From: a virus
IMG/VR virus record: IMGVR_UViG_3300028025_002503
Location: 6,522-70,521 of that record
Length of the DNA stretch: 64,000 nucleotides
Reading direction: 5' to 3' (one strand)
Below, in pieces: positions 31,401 to 38,147 of this stretch. The position numbers and the translations under genes were made by a program. Numbering within the stretch: position 1 is the stretch's first letter; each line of letters starts with the position of its first letter. Below the pieces are notes generated by a model. That model did no database searches, was not told the DNA's origin, and was given only the letters and a program-made list of their open reading frames with translations.

Positions 31401-33208
31401 GTGATTACCTAAGAGCAATAGAAAGTAATGGTTATTCATACATGTTCATTGATCGATTCTTTAATGAACAACAGGAGATGTATAAACCAAGTGAAGAAAT
31501 AACTATTACAGAACTGCCAAATGAGACAGCTCTTGGAAAGATGGTTGGTAAATCATGGGAAAACATGACACCAGTTGAGAAAGCACAACAACAATTTATT
31601 CTTCAAGAGTTTGTTAAATATGGTAAGCTTGCTGAACATTTGTTCCACGTAACACAGGGATCAAACTTTGACACAGCTGTAATGAATGATCCTTTCTTGG
31701 TGTTCAAGAAGATGATGCAATTGGTAAAAGCAAGGAAAACAATGATCTCTTCTGTAGATGATGTTTTAGATAACTCATTTGTAGGGGTTCTTAAAGATGC
31801 AATATTTGATGTAAGGGATGCATTCTCTACTATATTGATGTCAGATAAGAAGTCTGTAAGAAATGTTCTTGAAGCTTCTCTCCTTCCATTTATAGAATTG
31901 AATGATAAAGATTTTATCAAGGTGTCACAGAAAATGGTTAACGATCTGTTTGACTGGGCTGTACAAACTGATAGATCATTTAATTCACAAGTTGAAGAAA
32001 TTCTATTAGGTAAGGGTGATGTAAAAAGTGCATCAGCTCAAGTGATAGAATTTCAAAAGAAAGTACTTGCTGATAAGGAACATCCTTTGTTTAACAACAT
32101 GATTATCAACTCAATAAGAGAGAAACCAGGAGAGAAAAAAGGTGCTCCAAACAATCTGTTCATTGCAGGAAAGGGTAACAAAGTGTATGATCAAAACTTA
32201 ATGATATACAGCTTTAGAGAACTAAAGAAACATCTTGGAGCTGAGGGTAACGATCTGTATAAAAAACTTGTTAGACTTGCTGTAATACAGTCTGGATTAA
32301 CGAATTCTCCAATAGCATTTACATCTCTTCTTCCATACGAAGATTTTAAAGAAGAATATAACGAAACTATATCTAAGTTAGATAATATGCCTAACTTAGC
32401 AGAGTTTTACAACCTTGATGTGTTCCAAAGAAACAACTGGAACAATAATTCAATAGTTGCTTCTGGAAAAGCTAAATGGAAAAAGAGTAAAAAGGGCAAG
32501 TGGTACTCTACACCAACTAGACCTTCAGAGATAACATTTGTTGATAAGAAGCTTAAGAATGCAATTGCTAAAGGTGTTATTCCTCAATTGCTCAACTTCT
32601 CAACAATGTCTGCAGAAGGTAGATCTGAATTTATTACGTTCTCTTGGGAAAAAGGTAACTACACCAAGGAACAGAAAAAACAAATGAGAAAGAAAGGTGA
32701 CTACTCATACATAGAGAAAGGATTGTTTAAAAAGGTTTATAACTCAGACGGTACACCATTCATACAAACTTCTGAAAACAAAGATGGTAGCATTTATGAA
32801 AGTTTTGTTTATAAAGCAATCAACGCCTGGGGGGATTCTTTCAGAGCTAACGAATTCTATCTAGATAGAGTGCCTTCCAAATTAGAAAATGGATTTATGA
32901 AAGTTGAGGCTAAGAATGAAACAATTACAATTCCTGGAACCAGTTCAACTTACCAAAAGCTAAGTAGTGCTGAAGTTAGTGATGATTTAATTGTTGATAT
33001 ATACAATGGTGGAGTGATAATTGAACAAGAAATTGCTCCTACAGTTGCAGAGTCTGAAAAGGCTATAAGCAACATAGATATGAACAGAAGAGTTATAAAA
33101 CTGAAAGATGGTATAACTTATAGTTTTAATATGGTGAAAGCTCCTATGTTAAATACAATGGGATATAACGCTGAAGAAATTAATGAAATTTTAAAATCAA
33201 TCTGTTAA
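19463..33208 (+). CDS. Giant virion polyprotein containing a crAss-type virion RNA polymerase
   Basis: 4581 aa. Catalytic GSDFDIDK (DFDID at 30398-30412) preceded by RIPTQ; zincin-like HEVFE at 26213-26227; hydrophobic Gly/Ala helices and coiled coil in the N-terminal part. Confidence 0.85.
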   Translation: MPDQENLINRKGVALNLPKTPIVPFFPSAPAAEDGLPGMSVNDYFSAKLNAQKPAIEDIPVSSFYIGDRYPETRPGTDYEEMAGQQQSSLDKLANGTVKMLGSATTSFASGTVGLLYGTLASVFEQRLASLIDNDVTRQMDNMSKKLEDVLPNYYTKAETNAEWYSPNNVLTANFWSDKIIKNLGFSLGAIAGGAAWSSVFKSIGLTNALVKAGAGMEAATAVEAAMTQSPNLQKYNAIESALGSLSQKYIRTPASSLLKNSDRILTSAMGTFGEASIEGLQNLNEFRNKAINEYRDLYGKTPEGKDLEDINKFADKIGMYTWGFNTMLLTGTNYIQLPKILGSSRRADKAMINEIGQEAIGGDFTKTVARTRFGKLVDGARGVGSLIFAPSEAFEEGAQFAVQTGVDNYFERAYKNKEGVKSFFQSMNEVGKNVFGEGVEETLGTKEGLENILIGGLSGGLQQSGIVGTYTDEETGKTGIGFGKSGTLGEQGLFGLGGEKGKNTDLAVVALNKTKLPQLFKDGAKYFGIGMGSQQMRQDAIANNDKLSEKDYEADYMFSYLMPRVKYGKLASVDGELAAYESQAMTVDGFNELKTSGIVNKEESREQFLERINHVRETAKDMDRLYSTIRDKYETVYDDDNKRKYSDAVLDKLVYAASKIKNYDSRIPSLNEKLVISGVDAQSIIDDVVKTGNLSEESVKDVADQINKLNGTDDQIEDSVQNVKDLAELALRRKKFIDDYNAIKANPKNFEDVPDVPKAPEGAEVSEKRTIKLKTKIGEKDFEIGTEYFLGKRIYKTKEGYEVYRFPKLTILGENEDGTIKIKDSDGGVRDVSKAVLAEYRLHKVSDVATNENANFYLRNMNNIVYWNRGKDKGGEVPGRLVYDDNGKLYFVYKNKKGEIKETEVGLDSFKPKKGYLNGVFRFGQTLTKEDIADIEKREASGKTKEDVESRRANRLKILSDLFDEVSDKLTSTNNLIQQKYAQFEKIVNDLTKLQEKIKVGELTKTNTFKKTTNNTIKAANKLSRMQEDLRLEIEKLEAEKEQLEINQAYIFDLSEGLDELPSDSREFLKELQNEKDAITDLVVESGLAINSLSKLLDNVEGALKTAVDFALDLIRKFEAKYPNLPYTPLGLREFLNKDLEFKGVYPDYQSYLQANPNLLADLTEFERDIAEIDDLDVVPNERSVAELKSEIEKLYEQISEAEKQLRAKSLVLDRFSDIAAAYKKQQEEEKAFAKDNKLREEFIGTNTDDVETLIAEDLQNYEAAAKKGDYGVVGGTMPIDDGKAHQKRANNFGFRLPKIDPNGDEIFGIVVTQKTEDKLGLKGLMNHLYPTDPGTVIALVMVRKDEYGTYSLVDEFGEVIPAGSDMINNAIYQVFPEKKLTATYNGKVESMFRDATSETRQPIIKALTEQYSAWRDARLAETTLGKPRSVGASFGVPEYVKQLKPDGTEGPIDYAARTSATESGLISEADLSNGRVLLFSTTNDAVANGSVVFNTPLGRVFLKVPGGLVKLFNRRFNKKEATTLFDVIYQATKNAVEDKTLKTERTQLLFNWLKSVTYWGIAKNTQTKVRKDKAGYNNIWFEDVADDKGATTTRLFISGKGKSYAFTPSSLEANRDEIISLLQNLYFNANATMSNKDAYNKKYKEITGIDKDGNPQFTTWDNYQTFLLSSKGRKKDEVPFTTVLKPQTDPDAVNRKDIYFKIRDIADDYVIPEPVPVVTQSPVAPASTVTPGAPSADNLAKIAKLKEVKELIANTDDINFKMDEIFAVVDEAAYEAWMPGAVEANIAEIRPLIADANDELDAANISGKYLIPKFIDAEIAKLEKAPAAPAASTTTTTATTPGVYILDGVQKNTYYLKDGKGAIYFTADIKKYNPADGTMPLSFEAADEATAQWLTDTFKTEAVIKQKVAGSIMLALKPQIDAYVAPVAPAEVPFVPMQTAPVVTDTKDDVKRRRQEDNNSPARQSVKYKLQNKIAGIDNPSLGNEVVNLSEAIKIAGFKISTPIKITEGEITHVVFDQEESMFRFTYKGKQFAAFYTANARGNVRWEVTKINDQTGTYQVVNIDELKNIIEKYGSQRDLLLSLGAKNLVEDIENFEKVEYSTEDKSSGNGIIPLENTVSAEQVRLAKKYGVTYTLEDFLKQYDAELAALEGAKPTVDTSAPFDSDGWDDEPIVRPDDRAHRIMLANQINNYISEDWNKLEAWLKANFFNIPFYRLKNVIQATNGRQAWGMFHKGAVYVYENAEVGTAYHEVFEAVWKMFTDPKEQKAILDEFKKRRGTFVDRETQKTVNYKDATPYQIKEQLAEEFRDFVLTNKNVGKPTYGKSLISRMFTELVNFIRELFYGPKAQTNTANLFAKIGNGYYKNYVPYESSLGFAQNGIIDIDQAEGDESSEFRLDNIPAVQQHEIIQNMTYSTLSTLSRTNKDLFSTGSLNKAELYDRLKKETKQLIRWQGSQIEQNIKDGLINASALPKAQADINALRFLYTNVEADWAAIIEKHQEHLKTFSVEFDENDQIEIKDEDKGKDTPYGDSRKIDGFRKANSAIKLIIGTLPVMEMTAEGPRIKRTSIGGAMLLPSDKVFITVMSKLHDAVNIDDMLNKLRILAEGNPDYRSLYERIARRPFDQPGIDYSQMQNDYDLQLITSFWRTFKKQNADVRIVFVLPSGDVVIGDSTLASAAKQARVEMTNSMVKSIKANPIYLKYDEKAKLYQPQDAINQVKLNPAVLSTYTKFLANIGIEFDPARVAKMTDKQQLAFRDAVQGIRTSLIEATNVGSLNSKSLSIDGQLLNLGAIKAVLENPEFESTYFNLNGERAQTFIGTNAVSDLYDVLFKIRSINELKTNTSYLQYKYLTTDSFAKGSNLLNRMFNLNDPRGSRRDETQDLLKTAYVDGTVNEENGKKKESSKLTLKERIIQEMNLNLDGYYMHLVPGDASIEWMSKLGNAISEDMLAGDNYEDVYEIFKEYFMSEVELSRENRPIVQDEGKTRNSRDLRFFKSILDNDKLHKSIIAKTNDSLTPAEVYKKYKPDIERAVKAFIEAETKKTETNLRQYGIIFETEEGTSVENLAFSKEETISQEDLMRNLKALTINYMISNIELHKLVYSDPYQYKDELKRIKNFLSPRTPLIADSQAINEALDNTYNKDFQDKDDIGRTDFVRDYFRSITLADVVAVSDLPGYVPYKDTDGGGLITFKANRNFRLRAGQWNSDEEKQYKFDVKFEKLVKSGASKEEIKKFLKGNPGIMSAYTPLKPIVSGNKRNGRTYNDILLDKFALVPQSFRILYEINPESNALKLYNKMQEEDIDYAVFASGRKVGAEKIHSVYNGDKFNDAPFETPNEKLTPDQPQGVTFVPYSIVSVQAEVPSKEAAYVTQGSQITKLATMDFMEAGVPIDFEPTLDFDDRFIKWMGLSEDEKMKSELYKEIKNNQSLLQAKIEEGFNTLIKDLGIKQTETTVVDPETNEKKVVKSFVIEDKDKLSNTLKEEVLKREVNDNIIEAFNGFKKGDIVLEATPAYQQIKNVLYSIADKRVISPKISGGQKVQIPSSFLESNRIFKTEKGGYQSDFLKFYEKDGERVCEIMVGRWFKSNLSDEALLKYLNTDEGKKILSGIGFRIPTQKQNSIDSFVIKGFLPAEFGDSVVIPSELVQKSGSDFDIDKLSLYFKNIFKDSKGNINLVERKGSREETIAYYSKVFDEILEGSKIKKAELFEAIDIINYGLEDPKKLEEKYGDILNSMLEDYAEYEDLSGALMRELEKLGDANLQAELREKYATQMYKKALENEYIQSLQNLVSHPANFDNLIKPNSAEQLQDLAKDVNEKLGRPETDYSSPGNMLSRTFMTDLRQAFVSGKYAIGIAATAQTLQAQFQRFSGYVDYDKLEGVTEADKKWLGDGKVKFAEFNTVNVPGKGVMPSLSMINNAERSEKYPKGQTITDIIAQFIDGYVDIAKGPWIMQLGATPNVASTWLFLAKIGVPIKTVAYFMNQPIVRDYLRAIESNGYSYMFIDRFFNEQQEMYKPSEEITITELPNETALGKMVGKSWENMTPVEKAQQQFILQEFVKYGKLAEHLFHVTQGSNFDTAVMNDPFLVFKKMMQLVKARKTMISSVDDVLDNSFVGVLKDAIFDVRDAFSTILMSDKKSVRNVLEASLLPFIELNDKDFIKVSQKMVNDLFDWAVQTDRSFNSQVEEILLGKGDVKSASAQVIEFQKKVLADKEHPLFNNMIINSIREKPGEKKGAPNNLFIAGKGNKVYDQNLMIYSFRELKKHLGAEGNDLYKKLVRLAVIQSGLTNSPIAFTSLLPYEDFKEEYNETISKLDNMPNLAEFYNLDVFQRNNWNNNSIVASGKAKWKKSKKGKWYSTPTRPSEITFVDKKLKNAIAKGVIPQLLNFSTMSAEGRSEFITFSWEKGNYTKEQKKQMRKKGDYSYIEKGLFKKVYNSDGTPFIQTSENKDGSIYESFVYKAINAWGDSFRANEFYLDRVPSKLENGFMKVEAKNETITIPGTSSTYQKLSSAEVSDDLIVDIYNGGVIIEQEIAPTVAESEKAISNIDMNRRVIKLKDGITYSFNMVKAPMLNTMGYNAEEINEILKSIC

Positions 33209-33209
33209 T

Positions 33210-36200
33210 ATGGCAACTTGTCCTAATAAAAATCTAGATTCTTGGAAACGTCTTGTAGCTGCTAGAGAAAACGTTGCATACTACCTGTGGGACTTGTATG
33301 AAGGAAATGTTCCTGAGAACGAGATGCAAGCTGTTCTTCTTCAAACAGATGACATGCCTGCATCCAAAGCGTCTAAAGAAACACTTGAGAAAGTTGAGAA
33401 GGTGGCTAAAGACATGGGTGTTAGCATTATGGAACTGTCTGCCTATCTTAAAGGTAATCCTAATGTAGATGCCAAGGGTGTTTCTGGTCTTGCTGATCTT
33501 GTTAAAGGTGTAATAGCCATTGCTCAAGGAAGAGAAAATGTGGCAACTACAGAGGAGCTTGTTCACATAGCAACAGCTATTCTTGAACAAACCAACCCTG
33601 AATTGATTACAGCTCTCATATCTAGAATAGGAGAATATAAGATTTACAAACAAACATTAGAAACTTATGGTAAGAAAAAAGCTTACCAACTACCTAATGG
33701 TAAACCAGACATTCGTAAAATAAAGAAAGAAGCTGTAGATAAACTCATAGCTGAATATATTGTTCTCAACAGTGAGGGATCTACAGAATTTCCTGAGCTT
33801 AGAGATAAAGAGAAAAGGAATGTCGTACAGAGAATGTGGGACACCATTCTAGAAGCAATCAGAAACCTATATGGAAAAACTAAGGTGGATCTTTTCCAAG
33901 AAACTGCTGCTAAAATATTAGAAGGTGGTGTGGCTGGTACAGTTGCTGATATTGTAAACGATGGTATATTCTTTCAAATAGAAAAGAATGAGCTTGTTGA
34001 TAAAGTGTTTAGCACTATTAATATGGAAGCTAGTAAGATAGTGGGACCTGTTCCTGCTACATACGATGCTTCTGGTAAGTTGATAAAGAAAAGACATTAT
34101 CTATACGATGGTAAAGAAGTTGATACCACTGTAACTGAAATGCTTGATAGAGATGAGAACATGCCTGAGCGTTCTGAGTTCAATAAAGTTGAAGATGAAC
34201 AGAAGAGACTTTGGGGAACTGAAGGACATGACTTTATAGATAGGTTTATTTCTGTTAACTTGATAGATAAAGATGGTTACAAAAGAGCCAACTTTGATAA
34301 AGTTGATATTGAAACAAAACTTGATGGTGCAATTAAAGAAAGATTACAAAACTTTGCCATAGAACTTATAAACTCTTACCCAGAAGGAACACGTTTCTTA
34401 TTGGAGAAAAGAGCTGTTAATATGAAGGGTAAAGAAACAATAGCTTCTACAATTGACTTTATTGCAATTCAACCTATTGTTAAGAAAAATGGTGAGAAGG
34501 ATGTTAAGGTGGATGTTCTTGACTGGAAGTTTGTAAACTTAGATAAAAGAAAAACAGGAGATATTCCTTGGTATAAAATAGGAAAGTGGAGAGGTCAAAT
34601 GAGTGAGTATGTCAAAATGATGTACAACTATGGAGTTAAGGCTAATCAGCTTGGTAAAACAAGGATGATTCCATTTGTTTCAAATTATAGCTACTCTGTA
34701 GCAGGAGATAAGAAGAGCCCATTAAAGCTAACATCTTTAGAAATAGGTAAGGTGGATAATGCTAAAGAAACCACTCTCTATTTATTACAGGTTCCTCTTG
34801 CATCAGAAACAACCGACAATTCACAAATTGATGAACTTCTTAAATCATTAGATCAACAATACGATAAGCTCTATCGTAAATCAGCTTCTCCAGAAGAAAA
34901 GTTTGCAAAGAATATACAACTAGAGGAACTATCAAAAGCAATTCGTCATCTGCATATAAAACTTGACTTTGAACCACTTGTAGGTGTTGGTACAACATTC
35001 TTAAACAATGCTGCGAAAGCATTTAAAGGTTTTGATAATATTGATTATACAAAACTTACAAAAGAAGATATTAGAATCAAGTTACAAGATTTGATGGAGT
35101 ATAAAAAGAGTGCTCTTAAATTCTCTCAACTAGACGATGTATTCTTAACCAAGTTCCCAACTAAAAATCTCAGTGCAGAAGATAAGAAAACTCTTGCTTC
35201 TCTTGAGCACATTGCTTCTTCTACAGGAAGGATGTTGGACAAGATAAAAGAGATTGAGAATCAATTTGCTGTACAGACAGCTCTCAAAGAAGAATTTACA
35301 ACAGTAGAAGCTGAAAAAGAAGAGAATAAAGAACTTGGACAAAGTGTTCTTACACCAGAGAAAGCAATAGACACTCTATCAAAAACTTTCCTAGAAGCAT
35401 CCAAACTTGGTTCAAAGATTATCAATCTTGCAGCAAACTTAATAATGAACGCAGCAAGTCTTGTTAATCTAAAAGCAAATGAGAAAATTGATGAATATAG
35501 TAAACTACTTTTACCATTAGAAAGAGAAGCAAAGGCTATGGGTAAGAGTGCTTTTGACATGATTGGTAAAGTGGAAGGTGGTAAACTTGAACTTATTAAT
35601 AAGGTTGATAAAAAGTTTGAAGATGCTTTTGAAGAAGCAAAGAGAGAGGGTGATAAACAGTTTATTCTAGACAATCTATATGTTGATGAATATATGAAAC
35701 TTGCTGAAGCCGCTATTCAAAGAGGTGAGGAAGAGATCAACAACACAGTGTTTTCAACAGATGAAGATGAGAACTTCTTAAGAAGAGAGAATAGGGTAAG
35801 GAAACTAAAAGATGAATTAGATATAACTAGAGATACATTCAATGGTTATTCTGGATATCAGTTTAATTATTTGTTCGGTAAGACAATGAACGAAGAAAAA
35901 AACCTTTCTCCAGAGTACAAGAACATGGTTCATAGTGATGCTGCTTTTAAAATGTGGCAATTCATGACTTCATTGAACCAGAAAGCAATTGATATGGGCT
36001 ACATTGGAAATAGGGGAATATCATTTTTCCCTCTTATGGAAGCTTCGTTGTTGCAAAAAGTTTCTAATTCAGGAGATGTTTTAAAAGAAAGTAAAGACTT
36101 CTTTGGAGATATGTTCACTACAAAAGTGGATGAAGAACAGAAGTTCTCAAAGCTTGATCCTGAAACAAACCAGATAAGAAAGAAGATACCTACGTATTTT

Positions 36201-38006
36201 ACAAGAACAAATAAAGAAGTTAATCAGCTATCTAAAGACATGGCTAAGATTGGTCCTCTTTGGATTAAAGCTCTTATGCAATACGAGAGTGCTAAAGATC
36301 TTGAGTTTACACTTCTTACATTACACTCTGTAGAAAAGAATAAAGGTACAGTTATAGTAGATGAGAATGGAAGAATTGTATGGGAAAATGGTGCGCCTAA
36401 AGTTGATAAGTCTGGAAGTAAAAATGCTGATCAACTTCAAATCATTATTGATGATGCCATTTACCAACTTGGTGAAAATCTAGATAGCTTTGGTAATGTA
36501 AACATAGGTAAAATATCAGAAAAGTTTGGTAAAGATGATGAGGCAAAAGAGAATAAGAAAATGTCCATCAAGAAAGGATTGGAAAGTTCTAATAAACTTG
36601 TACAATCACTAGCTGTAGGTTTAAGTCCTTTAGTTTCTATTGCCAACTATTTTGGATATAACTTTCAAGCATTCATCACTGCTGGAAGAATGATAACTTA
36701 TGGAGAGTTTGTAAAGAACAATGCAAGTGTCACAACTGGTATAGGAATGACAACTTTGGATCTTGGACTACTTGATCTTATTGTTCCACTGAATGAAGAT
36801 ATCTCCAAAGAAAAAATGAGAGAAATTGCTCTTAAACAGGGATATATGAACTTCCTAAGCACTTGGACATTTACTGATGTTATGATGGTGACTAACTCAT
36901 TCCCTGAGAAAAGATTACAACTTGCTACAGCTAAAACATTGAATGAAAACTCAATGGTTGTAGATGGTAAGATTGTAAACATTAGACAATACGTTACAGC
37001 TCAAGATAGAGCTAGGTATAAAACAATGGCTGAGGGAGAAAGAAGAGCATTTGAAAAAACATATGAAGAACGAGTTGCTAAACTCAAAGAAGAAAAAGCC
37101 CTTGACAAGATAGCAAAGATTGAGAATGACAGAGTGGTCATCCCTGGTGTATCTATAGAAGAACTTGCAAAATATAGAACATCAGTTGTTGAATATGTCA
37201 GGACTCTGAATGGTCAAATGAGTGCTGATAACAAAGCTGACTATAGAAGAGATACAATATTTAGGTCATTCATGATGTTTAAGAACTGGATACCTAAACT
37301 AGTAAGTCAGCGTACATCTGATATTAAGAAGAACAAAGAACTTAACCAATGGGAATATGGTAGAGGTAGATTGTTCTTAAAAACATGGTCTCATCTTGGA
37401 GCTACCAATATATTTAAAATGAGACAGATTATTCAGGGAACTGATGAAGGTCTTGCTATTTTAGATGAAATGCTAGAAAGAAAGAAAGAAGACTACTATA
37501 GAAAGACTGGAAAAGTTTTAGAGATTACCCAAGAGGAATTCTATGATCTTGTTAGATCAGAACTATCAAATCAATTTAAAGAACTAGCTGTTTTACTTGG
37601 TACATTAGCTGTAATGATTGGTGCAAAACTTGCAATACCACCAGAAGAAGAAGAGGATCCAGCAACCAGAAACAGATATAAGTATATTCTAAAAGGAATT
37701 AACAAAGTGACAGATGAGATTGGGTTCTACTATAATCCCCTATCTACAGAAGCAATGACTAGAGGTAGTATCATTCCTGCTCTTGGATTGTTGAGTAAAT
37801 CTGAAAAGATTATAGAGCATGTATTCAGAGAAGGAATTGGAATGGCAACTGATAATCAAAAGACTATAGATAAAGCTCATCCAACAAAATACTTCCTTAA
37901 CATTATTCCTGGAGCATATCAATTCCAAAGAGATGTACTTCCACTAATTAACCCTGAACTTGCCAGAGAAATGGGAATAGTAGTGAGTGTTGAGTCTAGA
38001 AGATAG
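33210..38006 (+). CDS. Large virion ejection protein with degenerate zincin-like and PD-(D/E)xK-like domains
   Basis: 1598 aa. MATCPN start, EELVH, GTEGH...E...TIDF...DWK...QM pattern, and a hydrophobic helix LAVLLGTLAVMIGA near the C-terminus. Confidence 0.6.
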   Translation: MATCPNKNLDSWKRLVAARENVAYYLWDLYEGNVPENEMQAVLLQTDDMPASKASKETLEKVEKVAKDMGVSIMELSAYLKGNPNVDAKGVSGLADLVKGVIAIAQGRENVATTEELVHIATAILEQTNPELITALISRIGEYKIYKQTLETYGKKKAYQLPNGKPDIRKIKKEAVDKLIAEYIVLNSEGSTEFPELRDKEKRNVVQRMWDTILEAIRNLYGKTKVDLFQETAAKILEGGVAGTVADIVNDGIFFQIEKNELVDKVFSTINMEASKIVGPVPATYDASGKLIKKRHYLYDGKEVDTTVTEMLDRDENMPERSEFNKVEDEQKRLWGTEGHDFIDRFISVNLIDKDGYKRANFDKVDIETKLDGAIKERLQNFAIELINSYPEGTRFLLEKRAVNMKGKETIASTIDFIAIQPIVKKNGEKDVKVDVLDWKFVNLDKRKTGDIPWYKIGKWRGQMSEYVKMMYNYGVKANQLGKTRMIPFVSNYSYSVAGDKKSPLKLTSLEIGKVDNAKETTLYLLQVPLASETTDNSQIDELLKSLDQQYDKLYRKSASPEEKFAKNIQLEELSKAIRHLHIKLDFEPLVGVGTTFLNNAAKAFKGFDNIDYTKLTKEDIRIKLQDLMEYKKSALKFSQLDDVFLTKFPTKNLSAEDKKTLASLEHIASSTGRMLDKIKEIENQFAVQTALKEEFTTVEAEKEENKELGQSVLTPEKAIDTLSKTFLEASKLGSKIINLAANLIMNAASLVNLKANEKIDEYSKLLLPLEREAKAMGKSAFDMIGKVEGGKLELINKVDKKFEDAFEEAKREGDKQFILDNLYVDEYMKLAEAAIQRGEEEINNTVFSTDEDENFLRRENRVRKLKDELDITRDTFNGYSGYQFNYLFGKTMNEEKNLSPEYKNMVHSDAAFKMWQFMTSLNQKAIDMGYIGNRGISFFPLMEASLLQKVSNSGDVLKESKDFFGDMFTTKVDEEQKFSKLDPETNQIRKKIPTYFTRTNKEVNQLSKDMAKIGPLWIKALMQYESAKDLEFTLLTLHSVEKNKGTVIVDENGRIVWENGAPKVDKSGSKNADQLQIIIDDAIYQLGENLDSFGNVNIGKISEKFGKDDEAKENKKMSIKKGLESSNKLVQSLAVGLSPLVSIANYFGYNFQAFITAGRMITYGEFVKNNASVTTGIGMTTLDLGLLDLIVPLNEDISKEKMREIALKQGYMNFLSTWTFTDVMMVTNSFPEKRLQLATAKTLNENSMVVDGKIVNIRQYVTAQDRARYKTMAEGERRAFEKTYEERVAKLKEEKALDKIAKIENDRVVIPGVSIEELAKYRTSVVEYVRTLNGQMSADNKADYRRDTIFRSFMMFKNWIPKLVSQRTSDIKKNKELNQWEYGRGRLFLKTWSHLGATNIFKMRQIIQGTDEGLAILDEMLERKKEDYYRKTGKVLEITQEEFYDLVRSELSNQFKELAVLLGTLAVMIGAKLAIPPEEEEDPATRNRYKYILKGINKVTDEIGFYYNPLSTEAMTRGSIIPALGLLSKSEKIIEHVFREGIGMATDNQKTIDKAHPTKYFLNIIPGAYQFQRDVLPLINPELAREMGIVVSVESRR

Positions 38007-38043
38007 CAATATATGATAGCTATATTATGCCAATTAAATTTAT

Positions 38044-38109
38044 ACAGGACATTGTAGATGCTGGAGATTGACTAAATTTGCCCAATCTCTCTCGTGTAGA
38101 ATGTCCTGT
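38044..38109 (+). promoter_or_regulatory. Promoter embedded in a 66-bp imperfect palindrome
   Basis: Arms ACAGGACATT/AATGTCCTGT and GAGATTG/CAATCTC; TTG(38052-54)-N18-TAAATTTG(38073-80). Confidence 0.6.
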
Positions 38110-38147
38110 TCTACGTAACTAATTCTAATCATTTATATACATATAAT

